From Felis catus (lineage: Eukaryota), in the NCBI RefSeq assembly GCF_018350175.1, contig NC_058383.1, forward strand, positions 5,706,001 to 5,770,000: a stretch of DNA of 64,000 nt, read 5' to 3'. The position numbers were made by a program, and so were the translations under genes. Below are positions 52,199 to 64,000 of this stretch, in pieces. Below the pieces are notes generated by a model that saw only the letters and a list, made by a program, of their open reading frames with translations, was not told the DNA's origin and did no database searches. Every line of letters begins with the position of its first letter. Position 1 is the stretch's first letter.

Positions 52199-53289
52199 TA
52201 ACTGCTCTGTAATTTCCATCCTTCCTAATCCCATAATGTAATACCTGGCATTTATGGTCAGCACCCCAGTGAAACCACCATTTCCAAGGGGGCCGGTGGC
52301 CTCTAATTAACTCACTGCCAGCACCTCCACAGTCTTTGGCTATTCTGACACTCTGATTTCTGCAGATTGAAAAGGTCCCCATCATGGGGTTCCCATTTCC
52401 TTTCTTTTCAGTGGCCCCTTCTTGGCTGGCTCTTTCCAGTCCCCTCTGCCTTAGTGAGGCACAGTGTAAGCAGAGCAGAGGTGAAGAACTCAGATTCTAA
52501 AGTTGGACCATCTGTTATCCACTGTGATCTAGGGCACACCTTTCACTTCTAGGTCTTACCTAAAAGTGGAAGTGCCTACACCCAACTCATAGGACTGTGT
52601 AGAGAATGAGATGAAATAACACCCGTCAGGGGCTGCACCTTGTGTCTGGCAGGGCCAGTCCTTGATGTTCGCTGTGAGGCATGCTATAGAAGAGCATACT
52701 CACAGGAAGAAAAGACTAGAAAAGAGTATAGTGGTGACAAAGCAGGTGTATTAGAGTGGTAAAATTACAGGTGATTTTTTTTTCTCTAGTCACCCAGTTT
52801 TCAAAAATAAAGTGTGAGGTCATGCAGACAATTGAACAGAGAGAAAAGGAAGGAGAGAGAAGCAGAGGTAGAGAAAATGCACCAAGGAGTTCATGATTAC
52901 AAGACACTGTAAAGGCTGAAAAGAAAAAGGGCAGAAAAACAGAAACTACCCCCATATCCTTAACCTTCCTCTGTGCTTGGAGTCCCACTTCCCAAATAGG
53001 AATAGAAGGCTGTGGGAAGGAAGACTGTGGTTTTCAGGAGAAAAAACAAGTATCCAGAAAAACAATCATAAAGTTTGAAGCATATACATGATAGTGAAAC
53101 ATCCCACGTGGGAGAAAGACATTATCCGAACCAGAGACACTCACAGAATGCAGAAGCACTACGCAGTCTGAGGCACAGAGAAAGTGAGGACATTTGTGTA
53201 AGTCTTTTCCTTTCACTGAAAGTTGTTGAAACAAGACCTTTGATAACAGAACTGCCAGACATGGTGGTATCATCAGGTGTCCCCCCTGA

Positions 53290-53703
53290 CAGCTCTGTCC
53301 TCTCCCCCTCAGAGGTATTCCTTAGCTAATGGTGCTGGGGAAAGCTCTCTGGCTGCAGTGTCATGGGACATGAGAGGGTGTGTGTGCTGGGGCTCCCAGG
53401 GAAAGATTTCCTCCTTTGTAAAGGGCACAGCTTAGAAGAAATTCTTCTTCCTGCTTTTGGATACAACGGGAGGAAGGAGGACGTGATGTGTAAAACTAGC
53501 GATGGCAGCCATCTTGGTACCATGAGGAGTTGAACTTGAGGGTAAGTAGAAAGAAAAGGAACCTGAGTTCTGAGTAATGATTACTTAAACAGGAACCTGC
53601 TACTCCTGGCCTTTTTATGTGGGATAATAAACATCCTTAATGTTGACACCACTATTAACTGGTTATTTGGTACTTTTAGGCAAAAGCATCTTAAAATTAT
53701 TCA
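53290..53703 (+). mobile_element. MLT1 (ERVL-MaLR) LTR remnant
   Basis: GGCAGCCATCTTG...ATGTGGGATAATAAAC...AAAGCATCTTAA. Confidence 0.65.
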
Positions 53704-54151
53704 TATAGCATTTGGTGAGCTGATGTGCTCAGAGGGATATCTAAATGGAAAAACCCATAGACAGAAATCAGGAATGGCAATGCTACAGCTTGGTCTTAAT
53801 AGGTGCCAATCCAAATGATAAAAAGTTAAAAAGCTAATCAACTTTCTCCTCCAGCTTTTAGCTCCTTTTTTTCCCCCCTAAAGTGAGACAAGAGACTGAA
53901 ATGCTCAGTTCTGCCACTCTAATACTCATAAATGCATTTGGCCAAGTTTTCCAAGTAGACTCCTCACAGCAAATTTCTATGAATTAGGTAAATATTTTAC
54001 TGAAAGGATATTTTCTTCACCCACCTCCCAAAGTACAAAAGCATCAGAATAGAACAGAAATTTCACGTAAAAAAATTATGTGTATACACACACACACACA
54101 AAATGAGAAAGACCGTATATTCTATAGCAACATTAGTAAATATTTTAATTC

Positions 54152-54812
54152 AGGAACACTCAGGTGGCTCAGTCAGTTAAGCTTCCAACTTCAGCTCAGG
54201 TCATGATCTTGTGGTGAGTTCAAGTCCCACATTGGCCTCTCTGCTGTCAGCACAGAGCCTGCTTCGGATCCTGTTTCCCTCCCTCTCTGTCCCTCCCCAG
54301 CTCATATGCACACACGTGGGTGCACACTCTCTCAAAAATAAACATTAAAAAATATTTTTTAACTCAACATTAAACTGAAACCTACTCTTGCAATCTAAGT
54401 TTTAGAAATGGTAAGAATTCAAAGCACCTGGGTGGCTGTCAGTTGAGCATCTGACTCTTGATTCTGGCTCAGGTCATGATCCCAGAGTTGTGAGATCAAA
54501 CCCCGTGCCAAGCGTCACGCTGAGCACAAAGCCTGCTTAAGATTCTCTCTCTCACACTCCTTCTGCCCCTCTCCTCCACTCAAAAAAGATTTTTTTTTAG
54601 GGGCACCTGGGTGGCTCACTCGGTTAAGCGTCCGACTTCGGCTCAGGTCATGATCTCAGTTTGTGGGTTAGAGCCCCGCGTCGGGCTCTGTGCTGACAGC
54701 TAGGAGCCTGAAGCCTGCTTCTGATTCTGTGTCTCCCTCTTTCTCTCTCTGCCCCTCCCCTGCTCATGCTGTCTCTGTCTCTCAAAAATAAATAAATGTA
54801 AGAAAAAAAAAA
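54152..54812 (+). mobile_element. Three tandem CAN-SINEs (~54152-54352, 54421-54587, 54600-54812)
   Basis: Consensus heads and A tails. Confidence 0.88.
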
Positions 54813-54911
54813 ACCTTTTTAAAATTTGTAAATGTTAAAAAAAAATAAATAGTAATAATTTTTCAGCATCCCATTCATTTCTTTCCCAAGCAAAATTTTT
54901 AAACTGAAAAT

Positions 54912-55741
54912 TTTATTTATTATTTTTATTTTTTAAATGTTTGTTTGTTTGTTTATTTATTTATTTATTTATTTTTGAGAGAGAGCACATGTGCATGTGA
55001 GCGGAGGAGGGGCGGAGAGGGAGAGGGAGAGGGAGAGGGAGAGGGAGAGGGAGAGGGAGAGGGAGAGGGAGAGGGAGAGGGAGAGGGAGAGGGAGAGGGA
55101 GAGGGAGAGGGAGAGGGAGAGGGAGAGGGAGAGGGAGAGGGAGAGGGAGAGGGAGAGGGAGAGGGAGAGGGAGAGGGAGAGGGAGAGGGAGAGGGAGAGG
55201 GAGAGGGAGAGGGAGAGGGAGAGGGAGAGGGAGAGGGAGAGGGAGAGGGAGAGGGAGAGGGAGAGGGAGAGGGAGAGGGAGAGGGAGAGGGAGAGGGAGA
55301 GGGAGAGGGAGAGGGAGAGGGAGAGGGAGAGGGAGAGGGAGAGGGAGAGGGAGAGGGAGAGGGAGAGGGAGAGGGAGAGGGAGAGGGAGAGGGAGAGGGA
55401 GAGGGAGAGGGAGAGGGAGAGGATCTGAAGCGGGCTCTGACAGCAGCGAGTCCCATGTGGGGCTTGAACTCACAAACCATGAGATCATGACCTGAGCTGA
55501 ATTCGATGCTCAACCGACTGAGCCACCCAGGTACCCCTATTTATTTACTTATTTTTAAATGTTTATTTCTTTTTGACAGTGAGTGAACAGGGGAGGGGCA
55601 GAGAGAGGGAGACCGAGGATCCCGAAGTGGGCTTTGCACTGACAGCAGAGAGCCCAATGTGGGGCTCGAACTCACGAGCCATGAGATCATGACCTGTGCT
55701 GAAGTCGGATGCTTAACTGACTGAGCTACCCAGGTGTCCCT
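54912..55741 (-). mobile_element. Two tandem minus-strand CAN-SINEs (~54912-55537 with expanded CT tract, ~55540-55741)
   Basis: Reverse consensus on both sides of the hexamer array. Confidence 0.9.
55014..55421. repeat. Perfect (GGAGAG)68 hexamer microsatellite
   Basis: 408 bp, no interruptions seen. Confidence 0.97.
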
Positions 55742-57887
55742 AAATTGAAAGATTTTAAACTATAGGATTTGGAGGTGGAGGGAGAGGGAAGATCAGGGGA
55801 AAGGGGGAAAGGAATGAAAATTCTGAAATGATTCATGATCTTCACATATGAAACACCCCTTCAGTTTTATCAGATGGAATTTATAAATGTTTCGTAATAA
55901 AGTTATGAATACCAACACCAAAAGTCAGCAATAAGACAAGCCTTCTTGAAAAATGAGGAAAATATAATCCACTTTTGGTCTCTTTTTTCTGTGAACTGTT
56001 CATTACTCTTTCAAACAGAGAATTTAAACAGATATAGGGCAATATTTTAGTCTAAACTTTAACAAAATGAAAAACTAAGCAAATCACAAGAAGTCAGTAT
56101 TAGGCCTCCAAAAGCAACTCTTGCTAGGGTAGTACTTTACCATGAAATTGCTGTAGATGAGCAGAAAATTACTAACTATATGAGATGGTGAATATAAGCA
56201 AAAAGACAACTTGAGACAAAAATAAAACACAGAAGTTATTTCCATTCCCTCTGAATCAAATACATATCCACATGAAAGAAAATTTCACCACTGCAACATA
56301 TTTTCCTTATTGAAACTGAAGAAGGTTTCAGCCTGTGTTTGCAACAACACGGTTGCTGTGGAAATAGCTGATTCAACATTATGAACTCGCAGCTGAATAA
56401 AGTAAGGTGTGGAACAGAAATCTTATTTAAACAGTGGCAAGAACCATAAAACATTAAAAAGGCAAACTGAATGACGGTGAATCAGCACCATATGGTTTAA
56501 TGTAAGGGTCACACATTTTCCCTTTGGGCCTGACACAAATAGGATGCGTCTTTTTAATTTAGTCCTATTTTTGGAACCCTCTAATCATCACCATCATCCC
56601 TCAAATGTCCTAAGTTTTACTATCTGCTTCTGACTGCACAACGCACTGTGTATTTTATGAAACTGACTCTGTTGAAGACAGAGTTTCTGTAGTTCCTACC
56701 TCACCAGAACACACACACGTTATGCCACCAACAAAGCACACGTCAGGGCTTTGAAAAATTTCTGCCTGTAACTGATTCTATTAAATACAGCAGCACGAAC
56801 TTCATCATCACACGACATCACTTCAGGCTTAGGTTTCAAGACTCTTTACAAACTCTTCAAGAACGGAAGTTGTCAGAGAATGTTACTGGGCGCCCAGATC
56901 CACTTCACACCCTGTAACCCAGCCCGCACCCCCAGCACTGTTATCACACCTGGAATTTGTTCTTCCGCTTTTATGGGTCAGGTAAGAGTTCTCCAAGCCA
57001 TCTTGAAAACCCTTAAGACACTTTATATAGAAATGATGTGAATTATTTTAACCCTAAAATGTATGTTCTACATGCAGCCCCCGCCTCCGCCTCCCCTTTC
57101 TACAGAAACACACTTTTAAATACACACACTTTACCAATATTTTCCTCTGCTTTTCTGAACCTTTCAAATCATAACAAGCATTTTGAAACCAGAAATCTTA
57201 TCCTTTATAAAATAAAAAGAATCAACAAATTTTAAAAATAATGGTTATGTGTGGGGCTATTAAGAAAAGGAAAAACAGCGACTGTTCCACCCTTAGGAGA
57301 GGACGCAGTGAACGGACTCTGTAAACAGAAACCCAGATTCCCTCTGCAGCTGGCACTGCCGAGGGTGTGGCTGCCCTCCGAGTGTGCACAGGAGATCAAT
57401 TCATACCAGCAAAACCGGAAAAATCACAACTGAGAGCAACTGTGGAAGCAGCGAGAGCCAAGAGCAGGACGTAAAGGAGTCTGCTTTCTGCTAGGTGAGT
57501 CACAGGAAACTTTCCTGCCAGAGTGGGGAGGCCCGCCGTGCCCATCTCCTTCAGTTAAGAATGTAGGTCAAAGCTCCCTGGGTTTCATGCTCCGGGGATC
57601 CGAGGGGAAGGGCTAGGGCCCAAGTTTAGAGGCAGAAGCCCAGTTCCTAGGGAGCAGGGAGGTCAGCCACTGGCCTTGGCCTGCCTTCTAACTAAGCCTC
57701 CACTTTCAGCAGACTACAGCAAACTCCATCATTCCAGAAGTGAACAACACACGGGAGTACTGGGCTAGCCCTTCTTACTATTCTGGATTTGGGCCACCTT
57801 GTGTATTCTTACGAGGGCTCACAGGATGAAAGGCTCACAGGATGAACCAGCTCAACTTGTGTTTGTATATAATGACGGTCAGCTCAC

Positions 57888-57974
57888 CCAGCTCTGTTGA
57901 CACAGGGGACCCGGTGGCAATCTCACCAATCTTGGCCACTCCATCGTAGTAGGCTTTTCCCGCAAGGATCATAG
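57888..57974 (-). CDS. BAIAP2L1: BAIAP2L1 exon 3 (87 nt, I-BAR)
   Basis: (A)[28 protein letters not shown]; tag acceptor, gtgagc donor; phase 1-1. Confidence 0.96.
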
Positions 57975-60248
57975 CTAGACAGGGAAGGCGACACACAAAA
58001 ATCATCACTTACACAAGGAAAAGAGGAAGTGCATGGAGGTTTGCTTCCAAATATCCCTCAGTCCCTTCTGGGTGCAGAAAGGTTTGGGCTGTGCCAAGCG
58101 TGGCTCTCGGAGGGCAGGGCTTGTGCTTGATAGCTGTGACGTCCCTCCACTGCACTTTCGGAGGCCCCCGCCCAATGGAAAGCTCCACAGGATCCTCACC
58201 TTGGACCAGCCCTGGCATAGCTGAATCCAGAAAAGGCCCTGCCTTCTGATGCCAGTTCCAGAGGGGATATGTTTCCAACAACAAATTAGGGCTGGAAACA
58301 TATCCGCTCCAGCAAGAGAGCTTTTCTCAGCTGGTTATTCTACAGCTACACAGGTCTGCAACATTATTAGTTGAAAGAACTTGCATGGGGTGGCCCAGGA
58401 ACCTGGCCTTCCAATGGCACTTTTACTTTTCTATTGAAAAACTTATTCTGAGCCACAAACAATAAAATAATTGTTGTTAGGGGGGAAAGGTATGAAATTT
58501 AAAATACATTATTTTAATCACTCCAAAAACACAACAGAATTCTCTGAAAAATAATTGAATGTTTTATCATCTCCCCACTACCTTTTTGGCAGAAACAAGG
58601 AAAACTTCTATTGCTATATCAATTGGATTCTATTTCTCTTAAAAATAGTATTTCTCTTTTCAAATTGATTCTGAAGACTAAATTATAAGGTGTAGAAATC
58701 TGTTTTTGATTTTTCTTTTTCCTTCCTTTCTTTTTCTTTAGGAAAGGTAGTCAGGGGCAAGACAGACCTGGGTCTGCATTCTGCCTTTACTTCTAATGAC
58801 ACGACCTCCCTGGTCAAGGTCACTATCCTTTCTGAAACAAAGGAGGGTCATCTATAAAATGCCCTAAGAGCACAAGCATGGAAGCTGCTAAATATGGATT
58901 CCTTCCTTCACTTTCCAACAAGCTAGGTTTGGTAAGACTGATAGTGTACAACAAGCAAGCTTTTTAACAACACCTAGCCTATTTAGTGTGGTTTTGAAGA
59001 AAATAATTTATTTTGCTTTGCTCAAAGACTAACTCTGAAGAATACAAAATGTTAGAACTAAAAGAGCCCTTAGGAATCTCTAAGATTCCTTTCCTTTTTA
59101 CTGCGAAGAAACCCAGAGGCCATACCAAGTGCTTTGCCCCAATTTATAATGGGTATTGTTTTACAACAGTGGATTAAAAAAGATATCTCAAGCATAAAAA
59201 GTAGGGGGGAGAAGGTAGGGGGTGCCACAGAACAAATTATGTACAAGTCTAGCTGAGGATATTACTGGCCAAAAAAGTAGCATTTTCATGGCAAATTCAT
59301 CTATTTCTTGTAGAGTTGAAAAAAAATGTAAAAGTTACAGCTTTTACTAATATGTATACAAGTTTAAGAAATGTAACGCTCTATTATACAGTTATTTCAT
59401 AAGACTGAGGATAACCTTAAAGTATAATAGTAAAAAAGAACAATAACAAGTAGCATTTATATGGACTTTCCAAGCCTTACTTAAGTTTACCTATCCAAGA
59501 ATATTAAGACATGGGTCAGTGATGTTATCACCCTGTTTCATGAAGGAGAGTGGAGTGAAGATATGCTGGGACGTGCCCAAGGTCAATGGCAAATCAGAGG
59601 CAGTGCACATAACTCCAACTAAGGTAGTTTACTTCCTCAGTTCTCAATCACCGTGCTTTTCGCGACTCTTTGGTCTCAGCTAGAACTGGAAAAGAGAGGA
59701 CTCTACCTAAAAACAAGGTTTATAGCCAATAAACTGGCAAGTTAATAGGTGCAACTTTTAATAAGAAGATTTTAAGTTGTACAATACTGATAAGCTGAAA
59801 AGCAGATCAGTGGGAGAATGGCATGTATGTACAATGCATAAAAAAATTTTTCGGTTTGCATCCACACGTGAATTTGAAATTTTTTGTTAACTGTTGACTT
59901 ATGTTTAAAACTATTTAACCTCAGAATGGTAAAATATTCTTGCTTTAATAATAAAGTTGAATTAACTTTAAAAACTATATAATTTATCCAGAACTTAATA
60001 AAGAATACTATTCTCATAATTTTGCCATCCCCCCTTTGTGAATACATTAGGAGATTTTCTATCACTTGTTTTAAGGAACGAAGCATATTTGTCCTATTTT
60101 AGTGGTTGACCAACTACTTCATCAATCTAATCTACAAACTGCTACCAGATAATTTTCCCTTAAAGTATGATTTCATTAGGTTACAGGAGTGCTGAAGAAC
60201 CTTCATGGCCTCGACTGCCCATAGTGTAAGCCCACACTCCAGAGTTCA

Positions 60249-60581
60249 TGACAGATTTTACAGAAATCGCCTTGGATAAACCATACCTCCCAGAATTCCC
60301 AACTTTTGTAGTCCCCTATACATTGATTGGGGGCTTGGTCATGTGACTTGCTTTGGCCAATGGGGTACCAGCAAGCATAACTCCCACAGGGATTTGCACT
60401 CTTGGAAGTCTGCTATGCCAGAAAGAGGGAGCCCAGCCCCCAGCTGACTGCAATTGTAGGACTGAGCCCCAGGGGTCCAGAGAACTGCACTGCCTTTACA
60501 GGACCTTGAGAAATAATAAACTATTGCTGCCTTAAGCCAAGTTTAGGGAGACTTTGTTACGTGGCTATAGATAACTGATGC
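60249..60581 (+). mobile_element. MLT1 (ERVL-MaLR) LTR remnant
   Basis: GGCTTGGTCATGTGACTTGCTTTGGCCAATGG...AATAAACTATTGCTGCCTTAAGCCA...TAGATAACTGAT. Confidence 0.75.
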
Positions 60582-62373
60582 TGCATTCACATGCATTAAC
60601 AATCTGACCCCATTCCACCTTGTATTTTACTATTCCCCAACAGCTGCTCACTCATGCCAGTCTGGGCCTCAGATTTTGGCTTGGATGCTGTCTTTTCTGC
60701 CTGAAACCTAACATGTGTCAGCTTGCACAGCTCCGACAAGGCCTCCCGCCTGCTCTGTTCCCCACCAACTTCACTGCTCAAATTCCTGTGACACTGCTCT
60801 TTCCATGCTCTTTGTTAGCTGTGACTGTTGTCCTGACTTATGACCTAAGTGGTGACTGCACATCTGGCATCCTCAACTATACTACAAATTCTTACCGAGG
60901 ACTTTACAAATTTATCTCAATTTCTCGATGGCTTCAGTAAAAAACAGATGGCCTGCAGAAATTCTGGAAATACTTTAAAAGTGCAAAATAGTCCCTTTGG
61001 GGAGAAGCCTTATTTAGCAAGAGACTAAGCTGCTGGCAGCTCCCTGAGTCACCTTGTAAAACTGCCTCGGAGAGGCACCAAGTGCTAGAAAGAAAAAAAA
61101 CCATCGCAGGTCATTGTGACTTCCTTCACAGGGGCATCTAAAGCAATGACTTTGTGGCCTTGTGACTAAGCAGTCATGGAGGGAGAGTCAGCTGTGCAAG
61201 AATTCTAAAACCAGTCTCCTGCTCTTTGATAAGGGAAGTGAGGGGTCACCTACAGAGGTTGCTGACACTTCTTGGGGGGTGAGGGATGGTTTCCCAACAG
61301 TGAAAACGTCTGGCAAACAGCACAGAGATCCAGAAGAAAGTAAATTAGTTTACTTTCCCATGATTATGCCAATTGGGCACCTGTCATCCAAACTCTAGCT
61401 ACCATACCCCCTCTTCCTGGGGCATACTTATGCTAAGGGTATATGAGGTCACAGATTTATTTTCAAAACCTCAAGAGGGAGCAGCCAAAGGTGTGACACG
61501 GTGAAAGAAGGAAATGAGAAATACATAAAAGACCCAGAACTTGATGTGAACCATTGGAAACTAAGTTTTCTACTTATGTTACATGGTGGTTTTAGTGAAC
61601 CAAGGTAGAGGGTGAAAATGGTGTCTGAATATTTTTGGGGTGACACTTGTTACATAGGGAGAATTATTATGACTGTGTTAAAATCTAGTGATTATCAGCA
61701 TCTCAAGTTTTTAAGGTGATCACTGATAACATTCACCTCTTAGTAGGGAAATGCATGTGTAGATGCAGGTCAGCTTCCTCCAAAGAAACCTCTTGAAACT
61801 AGCAAACAACTCCAGTTCACAAAGAGAGACAAAAGCCAACGCCTGAATTCATTTTAAAGGAAGCACTCTTTTGGAAATGAAAATTTTAACTTCAACCTTT
61901 AACTCAGATGTTTTTCCGTTCAGGCTAAAACTTTTCTCATATCACTATCAGAAGTTATACACCCAAAGGCAAGAAAGTATTCTACAAAAATAAAAAGAGA
62001 GTAATTCTTCTGCTGCAAGACACTAACAAATATTTTAAGCACACATTTAATATATGTTATTAGTTCACGACGAATTTGGTTTGCAAAGTGGAAAACATGT
62101 TTATGGCAATGATGTAAAAGATTGAGTCCGGTCAAAAACCATGATCTGGTAATTGAAATACATCACTTAGAATAGCCAATGATTCAATTTATTCATTTCA
62201 AATACACTAATATCCTATCATTGCAAACTTCCATAGAATTAACCTAAGTATTGTTTTTAACTTCAAGATATTTCAAAAATTCACTATTAACCACATAAAA
62301 ATAATTAAGTAAAATATTTACTGAATGGTTTTTATATGTGCACTGTATTTATAAATTTAGAAAACACACTTAC

Positions 62374-62449
62374 CATTAACAGCTTTTTCATAATTTTTTC
62401 CTAGGTTTATTAAATTTCGTAGCCCAGGATTGAACTGTTCCATAACATT
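62374..62449 (-). CDS. BAIAP2L1: BAIAP2L1 exon 2 (76 nt, I-BAR/IMD domain)
   Basis: [25 protein letters not shown]; cag acceptor, gtaagt donor. Confidence 0.96.
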
Positions 62450-62888
62450 CTGACAAACAAACAAACAAACAAATTAATAAGATAAGCAAACAGTAGATCA
62501 AGTAATCTTTAGACTTTGTCACTACATAGCCATGGATGCCTGTGTATGCTCGACAGTACGTCTACAAAGCCATGAATGTTTACTTTAAAATAATGAAGAG
62601 CACATACTTCTTTACTGATGGAACAGGGCACTCGTACTGGCAAGACACATGTGATCCTGGCAGTTTCCCAGTTGCCCAAGGGCTGCCTAGAACCTACTAT
62701 AAATGGAGCAAGTAGCCGACATGCATACCTCCAAAGCATACCCCACAGGAGTTACAGGCCCAGAAGCTGATGCTCCCAGTGGGGTTTAAGTAGGTTAATG
62801 GTTGTCACGCTAATGTTAAAAACAGGTGTGCATGATTGGAACCTTATAACTATATAAGCGATGTTTTGGTTATCAATTGAACAGACAT

Positions 62889-63095
62889 TTCTTTCTTTCT
62901 TTTTTTTTAATTAACGTTTATTTATTTTTGAGAGACAGAGACAGAGCACGAACATGGGAGGGGCACAGAGAGGGAGACACAGAATCCGAAGCAGGCTCCA
63001 GGCTGAGCTGTCAGCCTGTGTTGAACCCACGAAACATGAGATCATGACATGAGCCAAAGCTGGATGCTTAACTGACTGAGTCACCCAGGTGCCCC
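62889..63095 (-). mobile_element. CAN-SINE in intron 1
   Basis: Reverse consensus; TSD TGAACAGACATTTCT. Confidence 0.9.
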
Positions 63096-64000
63096 TGAAC
63101 AGACATTTCTAAGAGATCTTGTTTTTACTATGCTTAATAGCCAGGAGAGGGTATGAGGGTGGGTGTTGCTGATGGCCCTAGGACACAGGACAGTCTGCGA
63201 CCTTCTGTCCAGGTGGTCACTGGCACTTTTTTTCCTAGTGATCAGTTTATTCATTAAGTACTTATGGAGTAACCACCGAGTGGTAGGTAGGTCCTGTGCA
63301 CACAATAGTAGGTGAAAAGACATGGTTTCCCTCTCATAGATTTCATGATGCCATATCTCTGCAAATGTCATGGTTTTCATTTTTAAAAGTGTTATTCTTA
63401 TATCACTAGAAAGTCACAAACATAGAGACAAATGCTATGATAAGTATAAGAGGCAATTATTTAGAATGTTGACCTAAACTTAAAGTACAGACAAAAGATC
63501 ATTCCTATGGGTTTCTGACTTCTTGACTAAGAATACACGGTGACTGAATGTATTTGTTCCATCTACAAATAATGAGCTTCACAGCATTAGCCACTCCGGG
63601 TGGACCACTCAAGTCTCCTTACCTCCTCTCCCCAAATGTGAACCCTATTTGTACAAGACCAGGCAATAAAAAGAATGAAAAACACACAACATTCAAATGG
63701 CAGATACTTGATACACATGCTCTTCAGGATAAAAGGTTCTCCTTTATAAACCAGTACAGAGAGAACATAATAACTTTTATCAAACAATGATAAAGGCTTA
63801 TCATGAAAAACAACCCTTGGCTCAACCTTTCCCTAAACTTCAACTTACTCCTAAGAGCACTTTCAACTAAGTTGTTATTCTTATATTCATTGCCATAGTT
63901 TTGGATAATATTCTTGATTTCTCAATTTTGGACAATAATGACTGGCTTTCTACTACCCTAGATAAGGGCTCAGCTCTCCATATCACTCCACTTTCCCTAC

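Noticed and set aside
54945..55513. Long ORFs encoding poly-GE, poly-RE, poly-PL and poly-SP
   Set aside because: These are translations of the hexamer microsatellite inside a SINE, with no evidence of an exon or promoter

Overview
This is mammalian genomic DNA from a felid (cat-type CAN-SINEs throughout). It covers the body of BAIAP2L1 (IRTKS, an I-BAR/SH3 actin and membrane adaptor) on the minus strand. I located 11 consecutive coding exons (exons 2-12 by homology to human), all with GT-AG boundaries and matching phases, giving 1371 nt (457 codons) of uninterrupted frame. Exon 1 lies beyond the right edge. I could not find the last two exons (the C-terminal WH2-like segment), so they probably lie beyond the left edge. 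The rest is intron, including a ~37.9 kb intron 3, with about 42 CAN-SINEs, old L1/L2/MIR fragments, solo LTRs and DNA-transposon fossils. Most ORFs in the supplied track are repeat artefacts. I found no new multi-gene system. The best leads are a perfect (GGAGAG)68 expansion inside a SINE, a candidate in-frame 21-nt microexon in intron 12 whose acceptor sits in a hairpin, an AT-rich palindrome, and closely spaced inverted SINE pairs. Repeat family names are from recalled consensus sequences and repeat boundaries are approximate.
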